From positions 124,001 through 188,000 of the forward strand of contig CM060733.1 in assembly GCA_030704615.1 (NCBI GenBank): a DNA stretch of 64,000 nucleotides, in the 5' to 3' direction. Source of the DNA: Takakia lepidozioides (lineage: Eukaryota; Plantae; Bryophyta). The translations under genes and the position numbers were made by a program. The notes under the pieces are model-generated. The model made no database searches. It was not told the origin of the DNA and saw only the letters and a program-made list of their open reading frames with translations. Every line of letters begins with the position of its first letter. The stretch's first letter is position 1. This document shows positions 12,443-25,600 of the stretch, piece after piece.

Positions 12443-13476
12443 TCAGCTGTAAATCATGAAGGATATCAGGATATTGTCATTGCAAATTGGGAGAAATCCT
12501 CTAGAAACCCTCATGAGAATCAGTATTAATAGGAGCTTGCTTTTGTGGAAACTTGGGATTTTAAAGTTGAAGTCTACTGATTACTACTTAACTGCCAGAT
12601 TTACAAGAGCAAGGTACAAGGCTTTATATGGCAGTTATCTTCTCCATCTGAGGACTAGGGATTTTAATCTTTGCAGTTTACAATGCGGGATAGGAGAAAG
12701 CAGCCAATTGAGAAGGCTATTGTAACGAGGAAATGAGAGAGTATAGCTGGCACTATAGCTAACCATCTTGGTAAGAAGACTACAACTGACAGAAGGAAAT
12801 ACCGAACTTAAACAGCAGGTCTCAAGTGGGGTGAAGGAGGGACACTGTTCATGATAGTCACGGTGTCAACTTTTACAGGAGTCTCATGGGGCCAATCTGT
12901 GGCTTGTGGTCGTTCTTCTCTGATAGTTGGTTGTGTACATGTCTTACATGTTACACAAAATTGTTGATGGACCGCAAGGGGTCAAGAGTCAAGAGTCGGT
13001 ATGTATCTGCCAATATTTCTTTTACTTGAAGCCTTTCTTGATCCTGACGAACCACACACAATCCAACTCATACCCCAACACCAAACATCCTCCACTGAAG
13101 GCTTGGGTAGAAACGAGATTCAGTGGCATGAAGACGTTTACTTTGATATTCATACACCCACACGGGTGGTTATACGGTGCTGTAGATGGCCCAGACATGC
13201 TTTCAATGGGAAGTATTCCACTATCAGAGTCCTCTGGCTCTCTTAGATGTTGCAATTTACAATAAAATTGGGAGACGGATGCTTTGAATGGCTGCATCTG
13301 CAGCTACCTCTTTTCAAGTCAAGGCTGGAGCTGGAGAGCATACAGTGTTCCCAAAGAACAGAGAAATGACGAAGCGCTTCTTGCTCATATATTGTAGGGG
13401 CTCAGCTGAACACCTGTTCATCTGCTAATCCCATTGCTTGTGCCTGTAAAGGGAAAGGGTAATCACTATGTTGTCT

Positions 13477-16400
13477 TCAGTTGTAGGTTATAGTGGTTGT
13501 GCTGCTGGCTCGGCTAGATGATATAGATGTTCCACCTGCAATGCCCATTGCCAAAAATGCTGGTCTGATTGGCACTTCAGGGAGTTCAGTTTCCTCCGAA
13601 AGCATAGCAACCACACGTATCATGTTGGGCCGTGATGCTGGTGCTTCTTCAGAACAGAGGAGGCCCACGTGGATGAGTATCAAAGCTTGGCGCTCGTCAC
13701 AAGTGTCCTTCAAGTTGGGGTCAATAAGCTCCAAAATTCGTTCATCTTCATATAGTTCCCATGCCTACATCGTACCATAAGCCCAAGCTTGAGAGGATTC
13801 ACTTGCTGCAGAGAAGAAGACCTAGGCCCCTCACAAAGATAGCACAGGACCCATCTCCAATAGATTAATGGAAAGTGACACACATTCAACACTTGGCTAA
13901 TCTGCAAAATCAACCAGAGGAAGGTCATAGAGATGTACCCAGGAGAGAAGATATTGCTGTTCTTTGGGAAGCTTGGGGTTCATGTTTGTTCTGCCACTCA
14001 CAATCTCCAAAGCAAGAATGCCAAAGCTGAAGACATCTGCTTTTGATGTGAGCTGGCCATGTAGTGCATACTCTGGAGCAATATAGCCCCTAGACAGGCA
14101 GGGAAAGGCCAAACATGAACAAATGAGTGACAGCAGCTTCATATAGTGGGTAAGGATACGAACTCACTAACCTACTCTTAGATCATAGCAAGATGAGGGT
14201 AGTTCATAAGATGGAAATGAGCTAAAAGCCTGTAATCAAACAACTGATACTGATGATTAAAAACACTCGAGTGTTTTTTTTAAAGCCTCCAGAGTAGCAC
14301 CCCCAAGAAGCCTGGTCTGGTCAATCAAGTTGGTAAAATTCTCACTTAGATTTTCTAACTGTATGTGTGCAAAGTATTCACAGACATGCTTTGATATCCT
14401 GCACAGGCATCTTACCTCTTTCCAGAAATACGGGTATGCACTTTAATCATATCAGTTTGGAAGAGCTTTGCCAGACCAAAATCAGCAATCTTGGGCTCAA
14501 GATTTTTGTCGAGTAGAATATTTGTTGCTTTAATGTCACGATGCACAAGGCGTGTCTGCGACTTAGCATGAAGATAGGCAAGACCCCGAGCAGTTCCAAG
14601 CACAATGTTGAACCGAGTTGGCCAATCCAACTTAATTCTCCTGAAAGGATCTGAGAGACCGGTGCCAGAAGTGTCATTAGCCCACAACAATTCAACCCTA
14701 TCACCTCAGGATTAGACTCTTTCCTCATGCAATTATGTTCCTTCCTGCTGCAGGTGTACTCCACGAAGCCTTGTGGACATTGCATAAGCAAAGATTGTCA
14801 ACAAAGTGTGACATACCCATCCTCAAATTGCCATCCATAGCCATTGTTGGTAACTGCAAGATACCATGAAATAGTAGTTGCTAGTGGGGGGGTATTGTTA
14901 CCAAATAAGGCTTGTGCAAGACTCTTGTTCTCCAGATATTCATACACGAGGAGACGATTGTTGCCGCTCAAAGAGCAGCCACGTAGTTTTACGAGGTTGC
15001 GATGCTGCACACTTGAGATTAGCTGAACCTCATTCAGAAATTCTTGAGCTCCATGCCGAGACTTTGAAGATAGTTGCTTTATTGCTACCTCACACCCATC
15101 TCGGAGGGTTCCCTAGATAAAAGTCCAGAATTTGAGAAGAACGTCAACACCACAATCTTTCTGTTGATAGAAGAGAACTAACAAAAAGAAGTTTGTGCTT
15201 TTACGACAAACCATATTCATTTCAGAAGGGCACTCATATCATGGGGTGCCAAGTGCACTGTAGGTGTGGGGCTTCTTCATGTGAGGGGGTTTTGAGAGAC
15301 AACTTGAGCCACTGAGGTCATTGGAGTGCACCTAAACGATGAGATAGTATGCAACACCTCGTATTAAAACCCGTGCACAGCCTGATGGAAACCTTAGTAA
15401 AAGGATCAACAATGCTTGGGCTTGTATGTCGAATTCTCCAAAATTGGACACATGTTGACATCAAGGGGTGCAGAAAATGAATGAAATGAACAAACCAAAT
15501 TGGGATGGATGTGCATGCCCTTGAATCCATGTACCTTATCAGAAGAGGCTCACATTAATCCCTTAACGACTAGCAACCTAACAAATCATACTTCCACACA
15601 TACTACCTGGTAGTCATACCTTGTACACTGCACCAAATGCACCTTCTCCAACTTTGTTATTCCGATGGAAATTTCTTGTTGCAGCCTTCAGATCATCGTA
15701 GGCTATGAGAATGCTTGGTTGTTGCTGGTGCAAGCCGAATAACTCTGACAAGCCATATAAACAAAATAAAATAATCAGGTAGACGTAAGAGCAGCTTCCA
15801 ATCCGGGGATCCTGAAGGAGGATAAGGGCAGATGCCGTGTGGATCAAATGAGTCCTGGCATGCACAAAATATCCCATAATACAAATCCCAGTTGAGGCCT
15901 GGCTTCAAACTTCACCTTGCATACAGGCGAGTAGCAGTTTTTCTGACTTGTTAAGTATGGTCTCTGGCTCAGAAGAATAGCCGATATACTGAACCCCCAT
16001 ACATTCACTGGCCGAACATTGTCAGCTTTCCGTGAACTGGGTAGATTCATAGAACAGAAATGAGAGTGTGTAAGCTTTAGGATAACAGATAGTCTGAGCT
16101 CTGTATTTAAGGTTATCCAGGTTTTTACGCCTGCAGGTAGGTGCCCAGTGACTATGCGATGCTAATCAAGTGTGCCATCCCATGGACACATTGTCACAGG
16201 GTTTGCTGCATGGTGCTTAGTGACAGTCAGTCAGGCTTAGGGCTACTTCATTGTCAGGCTAGAATTATCAGCAGGTTGGAATCCAAATATCATTTCAGAA
16301 AAGGAAGTAAGGAAGATTCACAGCCTGAAGGGCTATAAGCCCCACCTGCCCTTTGCACAATAAGTGATCAATACGATCAGCCCATAGCAATATGCATAGT

Positions 16401-19400
16401 GGTGCCTGATCATACTCAAGTCTAGGTGTGATAACTGATTGCAGAAATACAAGAGGAGCTATTTATTCAATTCATCGGACCTCATGATAGCCACATTTAT
16501 CAGCCGTTGTTGTCTGCTGTCTACTCTCTTGGGCGGCCACTTTGTCTCATCAAGTTCAGGTCTAGGTGTGATAATTCAAGCACTATTCATTCATTTGATC
16601 ACACCTGATGACAACCACGATTATCGGTTGCCCTTGTTGTCTTATTATATGTTGACCCAAGGGTGCTACGGTGGTATCGTAGTTAACCTTAATATGTACA
16701 AGGCATGTTTTCTGGGTTAACCTTATTTATGCAAGACAGTTTTTTCCAGATCCTTCAGTGTGAAGGGGGCCCAACATTTCATTTTGCAGGGCACTTTTGA
16801 CAATTGTCCTTATTTGAAGGGCATCAAAACTCACCATGGATTCTTGGGTTCTGGATTTGTTCCTCTCTCATGTTTTTTTCCATTTTGTCCCAGAAGCTCT
16901 ATGAGCTTTCTGCGGACGTTATAAAGCACCATTTCATTTCATTTCATTTCATGGATGCAAACTACACCTGAACTAAATCTATGACTGAGAAAGTGTAGTA
17001 CCTGATGCATGATCGTGAGAGGGAGGCTTCGGAGTCCTCTTCCGCTTCCAACAAGCCAGCAAGCATAGGATGCCAATAATTGCAACCACAGCTGCAACAA
17101 CAGCCGCAACAGCACCCAAAATCTTCGCAAGGGAACTATGATGATGGGAATCTTTCCTTCTTGCCACTGTCACATACACTCACCCCTCTCTAACATCAGT
17201 GGTATCATGATTCAGTTCATTCGCATCTACAAAGCAAAGCCAAGGCAACGATTCATACAGAGACACCCTTAGCATGCCTCCTCCCATACTGGAACACCAG
17301 AAAGAAGCCCACAACCAAACTATCCGTAAGCCAGCACAAGCCCCATTGCTTCCCAGGTTACCACAATACACCTATACACAGCAATTAATATGCAGAGCTA
17401 ATCCTACCATGAAATGATGATGGCGACCGTACTGTAGCAGACAAGAGCCCAAAAGGCTCAAACCCAGGCAGAGTGATGTTCTTGTTCTGTAATTGAGTTT
17501 GAATTGATGAAATCTGTGCAGTTTCCCAAAATTCTGATGATGGAGGTGGGAACAACAGGAGCTCAACCAGTATAAGAGTTTCACTCGAGTCTTTGAAAGT
17601 CGCCGTCTCAATCCATACTTGATCGGACTTCAATCTGAGTTGCAAAGCAAGTTGCCTTTGTAGGTGGCCGAATCCAGAGGCACTCAAACTGGAAGCTGGA
17701 GTCCATCCCATATACATATTGCAGATCATAGGATAGGAACAAATACAAGTTGCAGGATTAGCTGTCTGGTTCTGTTGACAGACGCCCTGGCACACCACTG
17801 GCTGTATCCAAGTAGATGGTCCAGCTATACCCATTGAGAAGCCACAGAGCTCGGGTACTGGGAACAGTTCATTGTCACACACCGGATTCCCTCCAAGACT
17901 GCATACATGACATCAATTACAACATGAGATTTGGGAACATCCTGCTCAGGTCTCTGATGTACAATATCCAGCCCTATGCTTGCAGCATCAACCCTCCTAG
18001 CACAGTATTTTCGGATGCTGTGTAAGGCAGGACGACTGAAAAGGGCTTTGCACTTCTAAGGCATTCATGCAAATTCCAACACTTATGTATCCTGTAAACA
18101 AGCATAAAAAACTGTGAAGGTTTTGCCAGTTTCAAGGTTCCAATTTTCCAAGTGCTGTTTCAAAACAGGTCTTCACCATCAGTATTTATACTGGACCCAC
18201 CAAGTAAAACCTAGTTGGGAAATTCAAATAATAAGGTCACCAGCAACCCATGAAAGTCAGCCCCTACACCACCTCATACCTGACATGGACCGATTTCAGA
18301 TAGCTAATCAGTGTGTTGAATATGGCTTCCGAGCCCTGGGCAATTTAGGCCCGAGTAAAGCGTAGGAAAGGAATCAAAGGTTCCATTTCGTTTTCTCTTA
18401 GGGAGGAATAACTGGGAACCCTTTGAAGATGTAGTAGTAGACAACCACAGCACACTAAAAGCACGCGCAAAGAAGATGGAACAGGAACTCACGTAGCATT
18501 GAGAACAGCACTGGGAAAATTGGTCGCCCCTGAGATGTTATTGTAATCCAGAGAAACTCGCACCTTTACAGATCGAGTGACATTGCCATACAGGGTTCCA
18601 TTGAAGTGGTTGAAGCTCAAATTTCTGCACATCCAAAGCAACTTTACCATCTCTGTCTGTAGTAAAATCATGAAAAACCTTGGATCAGAAAAAATGGGTT
18701 GGGAGGAGTAATACCAACACCGCACGACTATCAGCTGATCTAAAGAAATTCTACAACTTTCAACTACAAAGTGACATTACCAAAACTCCTGACAACTGTC
18801 TGAAGTATGCAACATGCAAAAAACTATATCAAGAGACAAATGGAGCCTCAAAAGAGCTAGTGTTCATTTCCCCTTCAACATCCGTACTGTAGGAAACTCC
18901 TTACAATTTGACAAGCCCTGGAAGATTGAGTAGAGAGACTGGAGGAGGTCCACTTAGAGAATTGTTACTGAGGTCCCTGCAGGCAAAATAGAAAAGAGCC
19001 GTGAGGGTTTCTCCAACCTGAGTCCACTATCCCTGCCATGCCTGCATGGGTTTCATGACAATTAAGCTGTAATGTTTCTCCACTCCCTGCTTTCGTGTCT
19101 TGCCATGTATCAATCTGGGTGAATCATAACATCCACCCATCTACAACAGGAGGTTCCTCCCGCAGCTGATAATAACTGTAAAGATAAGGTTTGGGGAGCT
19201 CTTATTGGAAGATCTAGGAAATGCTTAAGTGTGCCAGCCAATTTTATAGGTGGTGCACATGTCCATATTATTTACTGCTTCTGGCTCCTTACCGAGACTT
19301 GCAATCTAAACTTACACACAATGTGTCCCTAACTGATTTGAAGAAATCTGCGAAGCTGTTGTCTGCAAGAGATACCTTGGGCAAGTAAAGCTCTCATGAA

Positions 19401-21831
19401 TTAAGGAATCAAAATGTGTACTTGATAATTGTCAAGTCAAGGTTTTCACACAGCCTACTCAATGAGATATCTCGGGAGGTGAGTGCAGATAATGACATAC
19501 ATGAGTTTCACATTGGCTAGATTACTCATGTGTGCAGGGATCCCTCCAGAGAAGTTACAGTTCGACAGATCCCTGTAGAAACACGTAAACCCATGTCAAA
19601 GGCAACTCCAAAATTCCTTTTGTTGCTGTCTAAAAAAATTTAAATAGATTTTCTGCCATCCCAAGGTCACAATTACAAGGAAGAGTAGCATTACAGTGTT
19701 ACTGTTGGTATTATATCCTGTGCAAGAACTGTGTCCCCTCAGAGGTACTTACAATTCAACCAGACTGGCAAGGTTACCAATCTCCTCTGGTATCGGTCCT
19801 CCTAGATGTGGATTTCCTGATAAATCCCTGCAAAACGTCCACAAGACGGACACAACTCAACAGAGACAGGCATGCAGGCAACCAGCACAACTATGTGAAA
19901 GCCTGCCTACTCAAGCAGCAACACTGCCGAAATACTCTTTCCAGATTCCAGGATTGCCTATGTACAACATATCAGCATTCGAATGAAATTTAATGCGGAA
20001 GATCTTATTAAATGGATTACCCTTATCCCTCCAGGCACCCCATAGGAGCTCTGCATTGGTGCAGCACCAGCATCTCCACCTGTTGGCTCATCAGACTCTA
20101 AAACTACAAAGTGGACCTGAGATACTTTGCCCACCAGGTGAATAGTTCTCTCAATGCTTACTCTCAAAGGCGCTGCCTTGTACTGCTGAGGGTTCCAAAA
20201 ATTTATGCTACATGTTCATATTGCATGCAGAACTTGCACGAACACTAATTCCTCACCAGCCTAACATTCTGCAAACTCTCTACTCCAATGATCAATACCA
20301 TGTTTTATAAGTCCCAGGAGGCTTACAGAAATTGTAGGTTGACAAAGTTTCGAATTGCTGACGGCAGAGTTCCAACAATCCCAAAGTTGTTCAACCGCCT
20401 GCCATCAAGTTAAACACCAGGAGTAAATAATGACAGTGCTGAGGGTATCTTAATTCCTTTGAAATACATGCATTCTATTCACCTGTCCATCCCTATCTGA
20501 ACTTCAACGAATGAACCTACACATAAGATATTTTGGACTTGCAGTGAAGGGCACATCAGCTCTCACAGACCATCTTGCAAGGTGTACAAACATACATGTC
20601 TATACCAGAGCACCCACAGGGAGGAGAAATACGGCTGCTTTCTCAACTCGTAGTGGGAGTGTGAGAAAGTGTGCTTGTCTTCACCAGGTAGGCTCAACCC
20701 CCAACTGAGCAATCAATCAATGCCTTAACATCTACAAAGTAGTCAAAACCTCTGCAAACTGGAGTCCCAAAAACTTATCCGATATTGCAAGAAATTTCGC
20801 CTGTTCGTGCAATGTATTCAGGTATGACGAGCATACAAGGAGATAACAGAATCTCTGAAGCAAGAAACGCCATCCCAGTGTGAATCACATGGGTCTGTTG
20901 CGCTTGTCAATGACCAATTTCCTGCCAGCCCCTGTGGTGGTTTCCATGCTTGCATAAGCCCTTGCAAGCCAGCCACTGCAATCACCATGTGCCCTCATCA
21001 GCTGCCTTGAGTCTCAAACGCAAGTGATGGCCATGGTCACTCTCACCCTGCATCTTACAGTCGTCCACTTTACCATTGGCTTCACTACAAAGATACTGGA
21101 TACACCAAACCCCTCCTACAGCTTTCATGAACGTATTATTGGTGGATCAACCACAGGCTTCAGTGGAAATGTTTGTCCAACAGGTTACACCTCTTCTCTA
21201 GCTTCCTCCTCACTCCCTATGAATGTGCGTCAGCAGGTGCGTTACAGAAATATGATGTCTGGGGAAAGACAGCGGCAGCCTACGGTATAATTGGAGGTAA
21301 TATTACCAGCAAACTTCCACATTACACCTAGTAGGCTGTGATTTTACTTCAGCGTCAAGACTATTTTCAAAAGTCTACTTGAGTCAGACTGGCAGTGGTA
21401 CGCTCCTCTCAGTCATTGTGCAGGTCATGCAAAGGACGCCTCACTAGGCGGACACAAACCAGTTCAGTGACGTCGGAGAACTTTTCTATGATGGCCTAAC
21501 CACTCAGGGAATTCCATCCCATCAGCTACGAAGCAACCTCTCCCCTCAGCAGTGTCAAATAATCAATCCCTGGCAGTCGTATCAAGCTGCTCTCACTCCA
21601 CCCGCTCAGCTACAGATACAAAATGTAACAAACATGAGTAGACCATGGGAGACTACTACATGTCTCAGACATAGTGATGCACCATCCGGGTTTCTCAAGC
21701 CGTCTAGAGACAAAAGGGACTAGACCAATACCGTCCGATTGGAGCGTCCCCGCTGCAGCAGTTGGAAGTCGATGGAACAGGAAGAGAAGAGCAAGCCACC
21801 ACATCTGTACAAGCCTGGACTGCCAGGCCAT
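13477..21831 (-). CDS. LRR receptor-like Ser/Thr kinase (LRR-VIII-like ectodomain, RD kinase)
   Basis: Signal-peptide exon [19 protein letters not shown] (21831), then an LRRNT exon ([12 protein letters not shown], ~20870). LRR exons of 72-78 nt at ~20360, 19790, 19540 and 18940, plus a longer one at ~18560. Cys-rich exon LGGNPVC...CICSYP (~17900-17407) and TM exon (~17165-17001). Kinase exons carry [38 protein letters not shown] and KADVFSFG; stop at 13477. Confidence 0.9.
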
Positions 21832-22430
21832 GGCCTCGCAGCTAAGCGTGCAGCTTCACAACACGAGTCCACCGCTCCACAACCCCCGCCTCCCCCGCTC
21901 CTCGCAGGAGCCCTTCCCCCTCCAGCTGCATAGCAGCAGCACACAGTATAGCAGCCCCCATCAATGCCGTCAAGCAGCCAGAATACGAAGGTGGCAGCAG
22001 CAGCAGCAGCAGCTGCTTGCGGTGCAGAGTTCGAGGGAGCGCAGCAGATCGGCGCAGGCAGGCCGGTGACGGCGCACCATGGAGGGCCCCCTCCTTGCGG
22101 CCCCACCACCCTCGGCCCCCTCTCTCCCACACTCCCTCCCTCCCTCCCTCCCTCAGATGGCCTCCTCTCTTCTTCACGCTCGTGTGGCACCATCGCGCTC
22201 TGCCGTAGGTTTGAATTATGCACTGCCTTTGCTCGTTGACCATCAACTTTTAGTCTCCACTAGTTACGTACCAAAACTGAGGCATTGCCAAAACAAAACA
22301 ATTTCAGTTTCTGAATTTTCTAACTTGGCTTTGTTTTTCTCCGGGCTGCCCCACTGAGAGTGACATGAAATTTTGCGCACCCTGCAATTTGTTTAGGTGG
22401 CCCGTCAACAAGATGCAAAAGAAAAATAAA

Positions 22431-22962
22431 GATGCTCATGTGGCCAGACAAATCATATGGTTGTGGAATTGACTCGCTCTAACGCCTTTGACAAAATTGA
22501 AATCTGGCAACAGGGGAAAGTGTGGAGCTAAGGTCTTGTTGGCTCTCTTATACTCAGAGACTACTTACGCAACATGTTCAAGTCAAGGGAGAAAATGTGG
22601 TCTAAGAGCCTTACACCGTGTCAAGGCTCCGATTGGTGTGTTGTGCTGAGTCATGCCCCTTACTCTCACCTTCCTCTTATGTTTTTGCCAAAGCCAGAGC
22701 CCATCGCCGTCTTAGGCTTGTTTACAATGCAAAGGATGATGACAATGCCTTTGTAACAGGATCCAGGCTCCACATTGTCACGATTAAAGTGAAGGTTTTT
22801 ATTTTCAAATTGGGTAGGTAGTTCACGTGTTGACTTCAATTTGCAATAGGATGCTCTTATGGTGAGACAAATCATATGGTTGTAGAGTTGACTGGCTGCA
22901 TCACCTTTGAAAGAATTGATATTTGACAAGATGTGAAATCAGTGTTGTGCTAAGGTCTTGTT
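22431..22962. repeat. Diverged ~110-bp direct duplication upstream of the LRR-RLK
   Basis: 22431-22540 and 22850-22962 share GATGCTC...AGACAAATCATATGGTTGT...TTGACT...CCTTTGA...GCTAAGGTCTTGTT. Confidence 0.8.
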
Positions 22963-25359
22963 TTGTTTTTATTTTATTTTATAATTAAAGAACGGGAAAC
23001 ACCTAGGAGCGACAGCTCCTTGGATCTTGTCGTCATTTTTTTTGAGACCTAACACATATAAAAAGTAAATTGTAGTATTCTTGAGTTTTCAGGTAGATCT
23101 ATATTTATAAGGTTCTTCAATTCCTTTGATTACTAGGCATGTAAGCCACAAAAGGAACCAACAACCAACAAAGGAGACTACTAAACAATATGGGAAGTAA
23201 GATTTTTGCTATTAATGAATTGAATGAAGAGTTGATGTGGCTATCTCCTCCATTTCTAGCTCTAACAAGGTGACTACCAAGTTATGCCGGGAAAAAATCA
23301 AAAGTAATCACACTATATTTTTTCAAGTCAAAATTTGACGGTTTTTCATCGAAAAATTACTAGCTCTTTGATTTTTTTTTTTTTTTTATAAGCAAATTCT
23401 GTTGTAATGCCTTCTGGGGACTGAGTGCTGCTATGTCTATCAACCACTCCCTGTAGGGTCTCTTAGCAAACTTCAATCCAAGACCACCTAAGTGTGCCCC
23501 CAGTTCCCTAACCATGTTGGAAGCTTGCTGGAAAGGTAAATTACATAACAGGATCTTGAATATCCCTAGGGTAACAAGTCAAATGGGGATATATGCTTAT
23601 CCTATGCTTACAAAAAGGTAGCCAAAAAAGAGCTGAGAAGATCTGCGCTACAATTAGAGGGATTTTTGAGAAACCAACAAACATAAAAAAAAAGAAAAAA
23701 GAAAAAAGAAAAAAATAATGGGAAGAATGACCTTTCACACAACCATATTCATCTATATTCCTGCCCCTGAAAAGTATACACATAACTGGGCTTTGTGTAG
23801 AGCCTAAAAAGTGCACCTAGGATTCATCATGTCAATTCCACTTGTACACAATGATCTCAGTTTTCAGAAGAACAAAGCCACCACCCCTCAAGTCACGGGG
23901 TTGTAGTTCACAATGCAACCCTTTCTCTTGTTCTCAGCTGTCAGTCTAGTATGAATCTTGTCATGTCCTCAACAGTCACTAATAGTCGCAGTACTCTGGA
24001 CTGATATATATCTTCCATAATCAACTCTCATCCTAACTGTTCGCAATACTCACTCTCATTCTTTGATAATCAGAAAACTCCCCAATAAGGTAGTCGACTG
24101 TGTGACAAAAAAATTCCAACAGCTTAACGGATAATTACGTGGTCCAGGCACATACTACACAGAAGCCTCATGGAGAAAATCTCCCTAGTCCACCAGCTGC
24201 AGTGGTCACTCTCTCACTCATTTGGATACCTCGGGCTTTTGAGTCTAATATATGATTTAGTACATGAATATGCTGATCCAATCCACATGTTTTGTCTCAA
24301 CAACTTCAAGAGTATATTTATGCAATCCCTGGCATAAGTACCTCTCACTTATAACAACTCTACGAGGTTACACCATTAGGTGCATTATCAAGTGTATTAT
24401 CTCGCATTACACCATTACTATTAGCACACCATCTCATAGAAATACATTTACTCAATGCGAAGGTAAAGACGTGTCTTTTCTTTAATGTCATGTTGCAAAG
24501 CAAGATGCATATGTATTGGTTGTTGTTAGTTGTAACTAGTAGTACAACGAATGTGGGATATTTATTTTCTGATCAACTCATTAGACGTCAACAAACGGAT
24601 GTATCACATCCATCCATATCTGTTTCACTTTTATCCCAATTTGCAAACCAAGAAAATTATATTAAGTTTGGGAGTAGCTAGAAGAACACTGAAAATGTTG
24701 TTCTGCACCAAACCAAATCACCATTGCAGATGATGAGGGTTAGGTGACACACTCACCCCACTAGTTCTATCCGAGCACATAGAAAATAACTATCAATTTT
24801 GGACATTATCGGATCCGACCTAATCAACTAGTTTGTCGTATAGAAAACCAATCGTGGATCTAAAGAATATTGAGAGGTGGACTCCAACATTATCTACCAC
24901 ATACATCTAAAGTTTACGAATGTGCGCAGACCCATTGATCTCCTGCAAGACAATGACTAACACATGGACATTTAACCAATGAGATGGTATACAATGAAGT
25001 AACCTCCATTTTGGCTGCTTGTTCCAAATGTGGGGACGAGATGTCCCATGCTGCCAAGATGTTTATGCTTTAAATTATTCTCCTTAGCTTGTTGGTCATG
25101 CAATTTACCCAGCTACAAATGATAAGTTCTCCGCCTACAAATTTGTGAATCAGGTTGGCCTAAAAACTGGCCATTTTCCTAGCCCTTATGGGTTTTGGGT
25201 GTCTATATATTATCATTGCATGGTGCAAAGCCCTCAGTCACTCATCTTCCATTGTCCCAAAAATCATGCCCAGGTGGCTTTGTCTAAGGACCCAAGTGCA
25301 TTTTTTTTTAACTCAACAATTCATAAAGATGAGTGGGACTGTGACACCTTGGTGGCGTT

Positions 25360-25600
25360 GCCATGATCTGTGAACAAGATGTAGTGTCATGAAATGTGAT
25401 GATCACAGGATATGCCCAACATGGAATGGAAGGCTTTCGAGACCATGAGCAAATGATGAGAAGATTGGTGAAGCCCAACTGCACCACATTCATTTGAGTT
25501 TGCACTAAGTTGTGTGCAAGTTTGGCAGCCCTAAGAAAGGTCAAACAAGTCCATGGTGAAATTGTGCCACCAAATCTACTCATATTTCTGAACATTGTCT
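25360..25600 (+). pseudogene. PLS-class PPR pseudogene fragment
   Basis: Translation EQDVVS*NVMITGYAQHGMEGFRDHEQMMRRLVKPNCTTFI*VCTKLCASLAALRKVKQVHGEI has P/L PPR motifs like those of the intact genes, but with in-frame stops. Confidence 0.8.

Noticed and set aside
21674-22357. Overlapping GC-rich ORFs with poly-Ala or poly-Gln
   Set aside because: They derive from a (CAG)n tract and the GC-rich 5' leader of the LRR-RLK; no domain is recognisable.
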